Source of the DNA: Spirogloea muscicola
Taxonomy: Eukaryota
DNA: 62,924 bases
Direction: 5' to 3'
Assembly (NCBI GenBank): GCA_009602725.1
Contig: WELB01000026.1
Span: 729,677-792,600 of the forward strand
Made by a program: the position numbers and the translations under genes. This document shows positions 1 through 15,477 of this stretch, piece after piece (positions within the stretch are counted from its first letter, which is position 1; each line of letters begins with the position of its first letter). Below the pieces are notes generated by a model. The model made no database searches. It was given only the letters and a program-made list of their open reading frames with translations, and was not told where the DNA came from.

Positions 1-22
1 GGCGACGCCCAGGTTGCGCATT

Positions 23-69
<47 letters not shown>

Positions 70-156
70 GGCCAGGGGCAGGACGAACCGGGACAAGGCG
101 GCGGCCAGCAGCTTATGCCCCGACAATGGCTGCGCCGTTTTCCCCGTGTTGTGCAG

Positions 157-3100
157 ACGGCCCGCGCGGCCATGGCGCGGCTCCGGCGCCTCGGCCGCCC
201 GCCGGATGGCCGCACCCTCAGCCTGTACCTCCGGGCGCTGTGCCGCGGCGGCCGCCTCGGGGAGGTGCAAGCGCCAAGCCACGATATTGACAATAACATC
301 GATAACATAATGACATTATAAATCTGTTAGATAAGATTATCAGTCATGCCGTGCCTGCGCTCCTCCAGTTGGCTGGCCCTGGCAGCAAGCCCCTCACCTT
401 CTGTAAGAAGAAATGCTGAGTCAGGAGGAAAGGGCGTCGAACCCATGACCTTTGGTTTTGGAGACCAGCTCACCCCCGGCGCAAGCTCTGTGCCAGGCCG
501 TCGAGGAGCTGGAGAGAGGCGCCGCATGGGACCCCTGGTGGCGCTCCCTCAATACCCACGTCTTCAACGTGGCCCTCAACGGCTGCTCCGCTGCACGGAG
601 CGCGCCGCTCGCTGCACGCACTGTCGCGGCCATGGACGCCCGCGGCGTGCCGAAGAATGGGTGCTCCTATATGGAGCTCATCAAGGTCCGTCTGCCGCTG
701 CCTCCGCTGCCGCCGCTGCCGTCGCTCCCTGTCGCACACTGGGTCTCCTTTCTCGCCAAGTTTTAACCGGGACTGGTTGAGAATCTTCTCTACATGCAGA
801 GGTCTAGATTGTCACATTAGTGGTATGTACGTCCTGATTACAACATTTGCAAGCTGAGTCCCTCTGGTCTCAATGGCGCCATTTGCTTACCGCCACAGCT
901 GACCATCTTGCGGCTACGGCAATGAGTTCCGGCGGCAGCTGGCGGGCCTCGTGGGTGACCGCGCAGCGGAGCTGCGATGGTGGACGGAGCTGCGGGTCGC
1001 ACTTCCGCGTGGCGACTTCTTTGCACACTCTGCGCATGTCATCGCGCTTGCACGCCTTGGCAACCTCGGCGAAGTCCGGGCTGCGCTGCAGGAGCTCTGC
1101 GCCGCCGCAGCGTCTGGCGTGATGGAGCTCCCGGCCGAAGGCAGCCGCTTCCAGCCGCGTGGTTTGATGCCAGCCACCCAAGAGCGTTTGCAGGACCCCA
1201 CTTCATCGCCGCTCTGCGAGGCCAATATTGCAAGAGATTGTGCTGGTCAGGGTGGTGGCGATGCCGGCGCAGACAATGCGACTGTGGCAGTCGCTGCCAG
1301 CTTGCAGCGGCCCTCCTGGCCAGGGGGGCCACTGCCAGCCCATGTCGGGCTGCGGGCTCGCGCTGAGATTGCCTCGGCGTACAACTCGGTGATCAACAAC
1401 GCTGGCCGCTTGCGGAACAGCGACTTGGCCCAGGCCCTCTTTGCCGAGGTAGTGCGCACGCCCCTGGACCATATTGCTTCCCAAACCCTGGACCCCAACA
1501 ACCTCAACTCTTCATGAAAGGAAGCATGCGCCTAACATACACCAGCAATTGCCGCATTGCAGATGCAGGTCGCGGGTCTCCCGGCAACAGTGTACACATA
1601 CAATGGCGTGCTACGTGCTGTCGCCAATGTCCATGGCATCGCACAGGCCCTGCATGTGGTGAGCTTCGCTCCAATGAGCTGTTGCCACGTGCAGGCGAGT
1701 TGCCTTCGCCGCTTTTGTCCAGCAGCCTCTGAGTTTCCCTTGTGGCCGTCATCGCCGCGCCAGGTGGGCAGCATGAAGGCAGCGGGCCTGAAGCCCGATG
1801 AGCACAGCCGGGTAGCGCTGCTGCAGGCGAGCGTGTTTGAAGGCCGGATGGACGATGCTGAGGCCCTGCTTGGCAGCACGTGCCATGGCTTCAACATCTT
1901 GCTGCAGGCCTTTGCCAAGAGGGTGCGGCTTTGCAAGCCAGAGGCTGCGCCGCTTCCGCCTTGAGCAAGTTGAAGCTCACAGCTTGTGTGATTTTTAGTG
2001 TGGTTCAAGCTTCTACTACGGTAGAGTCCTGTGGCGTGAAATTTGCATAGCAGTCGTTCTGATGTGGTCCTAGTTGGTGTGTGCTGCTGCAGGGCGAACC
2101 GGCGCGAGCGTTGCGCGTGTTTGCAGCCATGAAGGCAAAACGGGTGCAGCCAGACGTGTGCACGTACCTGGCGCTGCTCGAGGCACTTGCCGGGCCAGGC
2201 AGTGTGGGGCTTCTTGCAGCCGGTGAGGGCTGGTCGCGTGAGGAGGTAGCAGCCCGTGTCCTGGCGATTGAAAAGGACATGGAGGCGAGTGGTGTTAGTC
2301 ACACGTGCAAGACGCTTGCCACAGTCGTAAGCACCACCATGCTGAGTAATCGCCAGTACCCCATGTGCTGAGGGCTACTCGCTCACTGCATCTTTGAGTG
2401 CTTTCACTGCGTCGTTGAGTGCTTCTTGAGGCAATGCACGCTGTTTTGTAGATGGGCTCAGCAGTTGCTATGTTTGCCGGATGCAGCTGCACGTGCTGGG
2501 AAAGGAGGGCATGGTGGAGGCTGTTGTGCAGCGCGTGCGGGCTGCCCGGCAAGCGCAGGCGCGGCTGGCGGTTCCCATCCTCGACACCGCTGTGTACAAT
2601 GCTGCCATGCATGCCTGCGTGCAGGCCGCCGAGGTGGTGCTCGCCCTTCCATCATGCATGTGTCACAGACCCATAGACTCTCATAGGATTTGATAGTGTT
2701 CACTAACGAATATATTTACTAATAATACTCTCTCTTATTGAGCCTCAGCTTGTGAGCTCTCAAAACATTAGTATATGTCATCGTGCACACAGCTGTACTT
2801 CAGATTGACATCCTTGCCAACGACACCCTTGAGATACGTGCCCACATGACACAAGAAGCTCTGCCATTTCGCAGCTCTTATGCCCCACTTCTTCCCCCCT
2901 CCCCTCCAACTGGTATGCTGGAAACTGCAGCTGGTTATGGCGCTGCAGCTCTTTGAGGACATGCAGCAGGAGGGCTACACAGCAGACGTTGTGACCTACA
3001 ACACGCTGATCAATGGTTGCGCTGCATCCCGGAAGCTTGCGCTCGCCTTCGACCTTGCAGATAGGATGCGGCAGCAGGGCCTGCAGCACGACCTCATCAC

Positions 3101-4297
3101 GTACAATGCACTGATCAAGGTGCTTGCACATCCCCCCCCAGCACGACACTGCTGTGTGATTTGCAACTTGTCCAAGGCCTTCAGTCATGGAGGCTCTCAG
3201 GATATGAAAGCCTAGTGCCTCAGAGGCACATGAAGTCATTCTTGACTTTGTTCTGAGTGCAGCATCATGTTCACCTCAAGTAGTGCTATATATAAGGTTG
3301 TTGAAACAGCCAAAACTTTGACTGCATTGACCCCTCCTTCGGCTCCATCTTAACTGCACTGCATCAATGTGACCACTGAGGCAGGTGACATGCCACAGCA
3401 GTGAGCTCGATGTCGCCTTGGAGATGCTCGACACGATGGAGTCGAGCGGCGTTCCGCCGGACGCGGCCTCCTTCCAGACTCTTCTGAGCTCGGCCGTGTA
3501 CCATGTGAGCAACATCACGCGCTTAGCTCGCCACCTCCTCCGAAAACTGGTGCCTGTGAAGCTGGTCCCAGCTGCTGCTCAAGCAAAGACCTGTCGCTCT
3601 TGCTTAAGTTTGCCTCCTTGGAGTAGGCATCTTCCTCCTCTCTGATGCTGGTTACAGTGCTTACGAGCAGATGTAGGTTGCTTTAATTGCCTCAGCCTGC
3701 CTTTGATGTTCACATGTGCGGTCTGGTCGCGGTTGGATGCAGAAACGGCTGGACATCACCGAGCTAGTGGTGGAGCGTATGAGGCGGACTGGGCTCCCTA
3801 TGACCAGCCAGGCTTGCGCTGCGGTCACGATGGCGTATGTGCAAGCCAATCGGCTGCACGATGCTGTTGTGAGCCTGCAGGGTCTTGGCGCCTGGAGCAC
3901 CGTACCGACAGCAGCAGTGGACTTGGATGCCTCGGCTTCACCTTCCTCGACTTCAATTGTGGACAAGGATGCGCAATCGGTGGCTGATAGCGGTCGAGAC
4001 AACGCCCTTGAAGGCCTTGAAGAGGCGGGCGGTAGCAGCACTCGTGGCGAAGGTGAAGCAGCGCCCTCAGTGATGCCAGAGGAGGCAGAGGAGCCAGCAT
4101 TTGCAAACAATGTGGAGCTTCTGGCCCCTGATCTCGTGATGCTGTCAGGTGAGACAGTGTCTCCAGAGGAGGAAGCCGCTTGGGCTGCGCACCTGCGGTT
4201 GCAGTATGACCGCTGGGTGGCCTTTCGAGAAGTCATGCTGAGGCGAGTCGACCTGTCACAAAGGGACGCGAACATTTGCGAGGCACCTGTGCCTTGA
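157..4297 (+). CDS. P-class pentatricopeptide repeat (PPR) protein, multi-exon, 5' end outside or at the window edge
   Basis: Spliced exons (approx. 157-264, 498-685, 939-1448, 1563-1637, 1764-1920, 2093-2326, 2487-2633, 2931-3119, 3386-3504, ~3720-4297) give repeated 35-aa PPR motifs. Examples: NTHVFNVALNGCSAARSAPLAARTVAAMDARGVPKN, ASAYNSVINNAGRLRNSDLAQALFAE|MQVAGLPAT, DVVTYNTLINGCAASRKLALAFDLADRMRQQGLQHD. GT-AG junctions keep frame; stop TGA at 4295-4297. Confidence 0.88.
422..468 (-). pseudogene. trnW: Truncated tRNA-Trp(CCA) 3' half, organellar/bacterial type, inside a PPR intron
   Basis: Reverse complement reads CTGGT-CTCCAAA-ACCAA AGGTC ATGGG-TTCGACG-CCCTT TCCTCCTG: anticodon arm with CCA, variable loop, T-arm with GTTCGA and 3' acceptor strand. 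The D-arm and 5' acceptor strand are absent. Confidence 0.6.
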
Positions 4298-4799
4298 TAT
4301 GATGCAGGTGCTACAGAGAGCGTTAGCGTGTAAGTCATAGATTGGAGGTGTGCTTGCATGTCAAGAAGCCCGGGATGGAAAGCAATTAGTGTAAGCCCAA
4401 CGCTATGCGACTGTCATGGCCCTGGGCATGCAAGAGATGCACAAGGCCGATACCCAGAGCGGCTCACAGCTGCAGGCTGCTGCCTGCTACTGCTCTCCTG
4501 AAGCCAAGGCCTGCTTCAGTACATGAAGCAGACTCTGATTTCATTTGCAGCTCAAAACCTCGCAACACATGCTGGAGGGCTGCCGGGTCATGGCAGAGGT
4601 GTTGATGACTGCGAGACTAAGCATTGCCCGGCAAGCTCACTGGGGAGGAGTAATTGGCAACAGCGATGGTAGCTGTGAAGCGACCCGTACGACACAAGAG
4701 AATGACAAGCTTTCAATCAGTTTCTAGATGCTTGGCAGATCAAGGCTGATGGCTGGAAGTCAAATTTAAAGGAATGTTTTGGTGCACAAGGAGAGCCCG

Positions 4800-7664
<2,865 letters not shown>

Positions 7665-8559
7665 NNNNNNNNNNNNNNNNNNNNNNNNNNNNNNNNNNNN
7701 NNNNNNNNNNNNNNNNNNNNNNNNNNNNNNNNNNNNNNNNNNNNNNNNNNNNNNNNNNNNNNNNNNNNNNNNNNNNNNNNNNNNNNNNNNNNNNNNNNNN
7801 NNNNNNNNNNNNNNNNNNNNNNNNNNNNNNNNNNNNNNNNNNNNNNNNNNNNNNNNNNNNNNNNNNNNNNNNNNNNNNNNNNNNNNNNNNNNNNNNNNNN
7901 NNNNNNNNNNNNNNNNNNNNNNNNNNNNNNNNNNNNNNNNNNNNNNNNNNNNNNNNNNNNNNNNNNNNNNNNNNNNNNNNNNNNNNNNNNNNNNNNNNNN
8001 NNNNNNNNNNNNNNNNNNNNNNNNNNNNNNNNNNNNNNNNNNNNNNNNNNNNNNNNNNNNNNNNNNNNNNNNNNNNNNNNNNNNNNNNNNNNNNNNNNNN
8101 NNNNNNNNNNNNNNNNNNNNNNNNNNNNNNNNNNNNNNNNNNNNNNNNNNNNNNNNNNNNNNNNNNNNNNNNNNNNNNNNNNNNNNNNNNNNNNNNNNNN
8201 NNNNNNNNNNNNNNNNNNNNNNNNNNNNNNNNNNNNNNNNNNNNNNNNNNNNNNNNNNNNNNNNNNNNNNNNNNNNNNNNNNNNNNNNNNNNNNNNNNNN
8301 NNNNNNNNNNNNNNNNNNNNNNNNNNNNNNNNNNNNNNNNNNNNNNNNNNNNNNNNNNNNNNNNNNNNNNNNNNNNNNNNNNNNNNNNNNNNNNNNNNNN
8401 NNNNNNNNNNNNNNNNNNNNNNNNNNNNNNNNNNNNNNNNNNNNNNNNNNNNNNNNNNNNNNNNNNNNNNNNNNNNNNNNNNNNNNNNNNNNNNNNNNNN
8501 NNNNNNNNNNNNNNNNNNNNNNNNNNNNNNNNNNNNNNNNNNNNNNNNNNNNNNNNNNN
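7665..8559. other. Assembly gap (N run), preceded by a 123-nt poly-T run; covers the PNSB1/PFK divergent promoter
   Basis: Ns at 7665-8559; T run at 7542-7664. Confidence 0.99.
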
Positions 8560-11500
8560 CCGGCGGCGCCGGCGAGGCGGCTGCGGCTGGCGGCGGCCTG
8601 CGGCGGAGAGCGGGGCCTCGGCGACCGCCGAGTGGTGCTGGACGGGTCCTGCGCGAGATGGAGCCGGCTCTTCCGCGGCTGCCAGTCCGATCCTCGCTCG
8701 CGGGCTCGTCTGGCGGCCCGTAGGAGGCGCTCCGCCACCGTGATGGAGTGCAGGACGATCGAAGGCCACTGCGTGGCCACCTTGGACGACGTTCCCCACC
8801 TTTCCGACTGGCTCCCGAGCTTACCGGTGCGATAGCGACATCAAGTTTTCGCCTTCAGCACAATTCAATGTGATAGACAGCGGCTGCAGTCACTCTGAAC
8901 TGGTTCAATACATTCAATAACATGTTGGTGCGCATACACATTCTCACTGCTGTAGTAGGCGCTCTTGGCAGAGATATAGCAATCCGCTGCACGACAATCC
9001 GGCTTATGCAGCAGTGAGGTGTGTCTTCTCTTTCTTTCGTGGACAAGCTTGTGCTTGTGTTGCTAAATGCTGTACTCGTGCAGCTGGGAGGTTTTCTCCA
9101 GTGTTGACGCGAGCTTGCTTTGGAGTACATAAAGCAATGACACTACAGCTACAGCTACAGCTACACCTCTTGTCCCGACAGTGGGGCCTGCAGGCAACCT
9201 GAATGACAAGCTGGCTTGTGACACCTTCTGGAAAGGAGTGTAGCATGTGTAATCTGTACATGCTGGGGCTAGGGCTGGTCAGCTGCAGCCACTGTCCCCT
9301 TGAAAGAATTCCCTCAATTCAAATCCGAATTGGCTCCTGGATGAGCTCCACTTGGCATTCTGACTCAGCAACTCTTCCATCACGCCTGGACCTGTTCCTC
9401 TGTCACAAACTAAGTTGTGATAGCTTAGGTGTTTTCGCTCTTGACGTGTTGTCACAGGCAGTGGTTTGTGGAGGAAGACGACGTCGTAGCAGAGAAAGTA
9501 AGCGTCCTTGTGGACCCCCCGCAAGACCTGCTGACAGAGAACAATGTGCAAAGTCTCTGAGCGCACTAGCAAGTATGCTGGCTTACGTTGGAGTGCCTAA
9601 AAGAGGCTTTGCAGTGGAATCAACAGTTATGAGCTTCGCCACAGACAGTGTGGTGCTCATATATACATGTCTGCACAAAGCCCATCAGCCCGTCATGATA
9701 CTCATTGCTTCACCAATGCAGGTGGTTGTGAAAATCGATAGTCCGTGGGAAGGTGTGCACTTTCGTAGAGCAGGACCTCGGGAGGAGGTGTGTGCCTGCT
9801 TGCGCACTTGCACTGCTTGTTGCGCCCTTGAGATACATTGCACGACACCATTAGAAGAAGCGTAACAATAGCTGTATTAGGAGCTTACAACAGCAACACA
9901 AGCAGCATTGCTTACACTCATGAGGTCTCTCATTCGGTCCCATCTAGTATTGATGAGTGGGGTTTGCTTCCTAGCTGCAGCTTATCAGTAGAATAGGTGC
10001 AGCAGAGGCTCATGAATTGAAAGCAGACGCTGTGCAGCACTCTTGCCCTAATTGCTCACTGCCGCCCTCGCATGGCCGTTCCTGCTCAACTCTCCGTGCT
10101 GCAGATAGTGTTCAAGGGCGAGGAGGTGAAAGCTGCCATTGTGACTTGCGGGGGTCTATGTCCTGGCCTCAATACTGTCATCAGGGAGATTGTTTATGGG
10201 TTGTGGACTCAGTATGGTGTTCGTGACATCCTGGGCATTGATGTAAGCAGTCAGCTTGAGCACTTATTACACTTTGATTCAGTGGTGACAGCCCCTTATC
10301 CCTGTGTGTCGCACTTTTCGAGCCAGGCCAACGACAGGGTCAATCCCCTACCCAAATGTGCAGCTGTCGTCTCACTTGTTGAGCAGGCCTGTGAGAGAGG
10401 TGCATTCAAGTGTACTTGGACCACTAGGTTGCCTCTCCAGAACCCACAGTCCTCTGCAGTCGAGGTCCTACCCATGCAAGTTAGCATACCACCCTGCGCT
10501 GCAATTAGGTCCACAGGTTGCTACATGGTCGCTCAGCACACTGTTGGATCTGATCACTCTTACCAACTGCTGTAGGGTGGATACCGAGGCTTCTATGCAA
10601 GGAATACCATCCAACTGACTCCAAAGACAGTCAGCGACATCCACAAGCGGGGCGGCACACTGCTGGGAACCTCTCGAGGTGGATATGACCTTGATAAGAT
10701 TGTCAACAGCATCCAGGATCGAGGCATCAATCAGGTCAGTCTGTCCTTGAGGCAGTGTGTGCAGCATTTATTCTTTCAGTGCATGTCAATTAGTCACCAT
10801 CGTAGGCATATCTCTTGCTGTCTGCAGGCGCGATCTTAGCCTGCTTGAGATATATTTAGTTCACATCCATGAAAGTACAATATTGAGCAAGGCATGTGTG
10901 TCCCTTGTAAAGGTCTACATTATTGGTGGCGATGGAACTCAAAAAGGGGCTGCAGCTATTCACAAGGTAGGTAGATCTTTTCTATCTGGTGTACAGCTTT
11001 GTCACTGATCGCTATCTGTGCAGGCTACCTGTACATAGACTTCTGTGCCGTCTCAGTAGCTGGCAAATCTGAAGCTGACTTGGATTGACCTGATGGCCTG
11101 CTGTACAGGAGATAGTTAGGAGAGGTTTGAAAGTTGTTGTGGCTGGCATCCCAAAGACCATTGACAATGACATAGCGGTTAGTTTTGTGGAGAACTTGCA
11201 AGACTGATTGATGTGCACAAAGAGGACAATGATTGTTGTAGTTCCTACCACTGACAGGAGTGCTTGTTACCTTGCACTATGAACCCCAAGCCCTAAATCC
11301 TATTAAACAAGTCAATGTAATAGAGAGGGCCTGCACCTAGTTTATCACCCATCCCTTGTGGCTTTTCCTGTCTGACAGGTCATAGATAAATCATTTGGAT
11401 TTGACACGGCAGTTGAGGAAGCACAGAGGGCGATCAATGCAGCTCATGTTGAGGCTGAAAGTGTGGCAAATGGAGTAGGCCTTGTCAAGCTTATGGGTCG

Positions 11501-13534
11501 TCATAGTGGTACGGGCTTCTCCTTCTCCCAAATTTCAAGGCTCTTGACTTTCCTTCTATTCTCCCTTCTGGTCTTGCAGAATTCCCTGCCTATTCCTATA
11601 TCAGCCATTCCTATATCAGCTTATTTTGCATGAGAAAAGCGTCAGCAGGCCCTTCTATGGCGTTCATTCAGCTACATTGACTTGACCAAGTCGTGCTCTG
11701 CAGGCTACATAGCAATGCACGCCACGCTGGCTAGTCGCGATGTGGTAAGCTTGGAGTTAGTCAACGTCATTTTGATTGCAATACCACGTCAGGCACAAAT
11801 GAGTAGTCAATCAAGCAGTAGAGTATTGGCTTAAGCTTTTAGTGGTCCATAGACTGATTGGCAGTACTTGCAGGATGAGGTAGGAAGCTTGCAAGTCCTG
11901 GAAACGTACCAATGGCAATTTCTGTCAGAAGTACTTCTGGATTGGCATTCAACAGTGGCAAGTTGACTTGCTCCCCCACTTTGTGAACAGGACATCTGCC
12001 TCATCCCCGAGGTCCCCTTCTACATGGATGGTCCAGGGGGCCTCTGCGAGTTTGTCCGGCACAGGTTACATGAGAACCAGCACATGGTCATTGTGGTAGC
12101 TGAAGGAGCAGGCCAAGAGCTTGTGAAGTCATCAGTACCTGAAAACCAGTTGTTGGACGCGTCAGGCAACCTCCTGTTGCTTGATGTTGGCCTTTGGTTG
12201 TCCACACAGTTGAAGGCGAGCAACTACACATGCTCACTTATGTCAGCCTTTTATCTAGGTGGCTCATGCCAGCAGGATACGCCGTTGGCCAATGATCCTC
12301 GTAGCTGCACATTAATACCACTGCTTCTAGCCGACCTTCCTTGCAACTACTTTCAAGCATTTGCGGGCAGCTGATTTTATCCTCTGCTGTGCAACTGGCA
12401 GAGTTACTGTAAGAGTTGTGGAGAGACCATCAATCTCAAATATATAGGTGAGATTCATTCCTTGCATCTTTCTGGCGAATATGTCCTCATGACAATCTTA
12501 GCTGGGGGCAAGTAGGTCCATGTTGTTGCCTTGTCATGCCTCACCTGTGCTTATATGTTGCCAAAGTTAACACCAGACCAAATTCCTGTGCTATCAGATC
12601 CAACTTACATGATTCGAGCAATTCCCAGCAATGCATCGGACAATGTCTACTGCACATTGCTGGGGCACAGTGCCATACATGGTGCAATGGCTGGCTACAC
12701 AGGTTTCACTGTGGGACCCGTGAACGGGCGCCATGCCTATATACCCATTGCAGTGAGTTAATTTGCTCTGGTCTGATCGCACTTCAATGACTATGCACAT
12801 TTCGGTGTTAGCTTACTCATCTGTGGCTGTCAGACTATCAGCATGTAATATATATAAAACACATGTGTTGCACTATCTTGCATACTGGAATACATCCCAT
12901 CTACGTTTGTTTGACAGACGGGACGTAGTCAGTTGCAGGCCACTTTAAGCATGCAAGTCTCAAGCACACTCTCAATGGTGATCATGACAGCGCGTCACAG
13001 AGACGCAGAACAAGGTGAACATAAGGGATCGTATGTGGGCGCGGCTCATGTCATCCACAAATCAGCCCAGCTTTGAGAGATATGATCAGGTGGGTACAGA
13101 GGGCTTACCAGTGTGCCCAGGGTTTGTCTATTTTGGCAGGAACTGCTGTGCATTTTGTAACAGCTATCTTGAAAGCCGTTGTATTTGTCAGTTGCAGTCA
13201 TTGGTGATGTGCTCCTTACGTAATCATCAACGACTTGGTGTCCAGATAAATCACGAGGCTCGATCCCTATTTGGTCATCCTTCTGATAGATACTTGAGTT
13301 TGTCAAAGTTCCTCAGCTTTTTGTGTGGCTGCTGCTTGTATCCGACAGGTCATGCGAGAAAAGGCTGCACTCAAGTCGAATGTCAATGGATCTTCTCATG
13401 TGACTGGCAATGGGTCAATGTTTGGCAGCAAGAACCCCAAGGAGACAAGTGTGTTGCAGGTCACTCCAGAGGTTCAGGAGCAAGCTGATGTTGGCAGCAG
13501 CAAGTCGGCATCTGAGGCCGAGGCCAACGCCTGA
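8560..13534 (+). CDS. PFK: ATP-dependent 6-phosphofructokinase (plant PFK, PFK3-like); start may lie in the gap
   Basis: Exons give [151 protein letters not shown] and [14 protein letters not shown]. Stop at 13532-13534. Confidence 0.96.
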
Positions 13535-13792
13535 GACATAAAGCTGAACCCGCAGGCAGCTGTATCTGAAGGGGATGCTCGTCCAAATCTGGCGCGTTCC
13601 GTGCAAAGCTCGTTGTAGGAGGAGCTGTCTCCTACCTACTTGCGAACTCTCTGTATAACTAGGGCTGCTCCCGCCATCAGCTCTTACAGCATGGACGAGT
13701 CGTTGCTCTTACCCTGAGGGCTAGAACTCAAGGTTATCTTTGGTGTGTGTGGACTTGTGTTTTGCTTCGATCGGCAAGGCATTCAGAGTTTT

Positions 13793-13946
13793 ATATGTGC
13801 TACTTACAAGGACTTCTTGTGCCTTCTGTGTCATCTGGCGCTTATTAGACAGTTAATACTGTGTACAAAATATGTGCTACTCACAAGGACTTCTTGTGCC
13901 TTCTGTGTCATCTGGCGCTTATTAGACAGTTAATACTGTGTACAAA
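13793..13946. repeat. 77-bp tandem duplication downstream of PFK
   Basis: 13793-13869 and 13870-13946 (ATATGTGCTACTYACAAGGAC...GTGTACAAA) are identical except for one T/C. Confidence 0.95.
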
Positions 13947-14269
13947 GTTGGAGCTGCTTCTGTGAATGTAGAATATGACCATCGTAACCAGCTGCAAATT
14001 CAAATGCTTGCAGAGCTTCCTAAACTAGTCAAGCGTTCATCTTGAGTGTTTGTACCGACTAGCGCCTAGCCTGAGGAATTTTTGTGGTCTATCCTGCTTG
14101 CCCGGCTAGAAAATGCTGATGTTGCTCTTCTCGTTGGACACATGGATACCTGACAAGCATGGCTTGAATGGCTTGAATACATGCCGATCTGCAACGAATG
14201 TGGCACGGCACCAGACTGTATGTGGCAGTTGGTAGCTGGCTGAGGAGGGGCGAGGTCACGCCTGAAGAG

Positions 14270-15110
14270 GAGAGAGCCTGCTGCGCTTAAGTCAGCCTGC
14301 TCCCCTTGGTAATGTCGGGACACAGCGCTGCGCGTGAGCCGTTGCAGGAACACGAGCCACCGAGCGCGGCATGCCCCGTAAATGGCAGGGGGGAAGATCT
14401 CGTCCTCCCTCGGATTGTTAGAAAATGAGAATGAATCAGATTTGAAAGGGGCCAGAAGAGCGCTAAAGCACACAGCGACTTAAGTGGCCACTGGGTGCTC
14501 AATGAGACAGCTCTTCCAAAGTGACAGGAGTGGCTGTGAGAGGCCAGCCCAAAGGAATGGACAAAATCTGAAAGGGCCGGATGGATCAAAAAGCAGGATA
14601 TTAGCTATTACGTCAGCAAAGTGGGCTCCATCTGTGGTAGTTTGGAAGCTGTGTGGCTTTAGGCGCCTTCCGGCTCTTTGGACTGGGCTGGCCTTTCGCA
14701 GCCCCCTACCTTCTATGAGAAGGGCTTGCCCACTGAGGATTTCTATGGGGGTTTTCTTTCCGGCTCCTTTTCTGGCTTGGATATTGTCCATTCTATTTGG
14801 GCTGGCTTTGCTAGCCCTTCTTCTCTACGGGAGAAAAAGGTGCTCGCCCATAGAAGAAAGTGCTCGCCCATAGAGAAGAGGGGCTGGCAAAGCCAGCTCA
14901 AAACGAATCTTCTTCTCTATGGGAAAGCACATCTCTTCTATGGGAGACGAGATGTGCTTCTGGGAGAGCACTACTTTCTTTTCTTTTTTGCTCTCAGTAA
15001 CCTCATTGACCCCCGTTGAGCAGCCGAGCCGCAGGTCAGAGAAAGCAGTCTCCGGGTAGCGAGTCGCCTCGCCCATAATCAGAGGCCTCAGCCATGGCCT
15101 TCCGTTGGAA
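14270..15110. mobile_element. Cluster 1 of degenerate CRE-like non-LTR retrotransposon 3' fragments
   Basis: The minus strand encodes PREDEIFPPAIYGACRARWLVFLQRLTR..SAAGSL and TRYPETAFSDLRL, homologous to the ORF at 23897-24529. Several copies of the GGGCTGGC-N-CCAGCCC / TGGGCGAGC 3'-end motif occur in both orientations (about 14545, 14684, 14799, 14881). Confidence 0.75.
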
Positions 15111-15477
15111 AGAATTTCGTGTATTCGAAACAAACGAAGGCCAAATGGCCAAGTACAAAGGCAAGCACATCCACAGACCTACATAACCTACAGTTTGAAG
15201 GGCTGTTCCAAACAGTCTCACTTTCTAGTGACAGCCGTTTGCAAGGCTGGGGCTGGGTGGGGGTGTGGATCGCGGGGTGTATTGACCGGTCGGCAGATTC
15301 TTTTGCGGCCGGCCGTCTCGTCGAGAAGACGGCGCCTTCAGGCGTCCCCTCCACCGTCCCCTCGACGGCTGGCAGTCATCCCCACCCCTTCCAATTTCCC
15401 TTCCCCCTCCCCTGCCCGCACAGCGCGCCGCGTCCCCGGCGCAAGCCGCGGCGGCGGCGGCGGCGGCGGCGGCGGCC

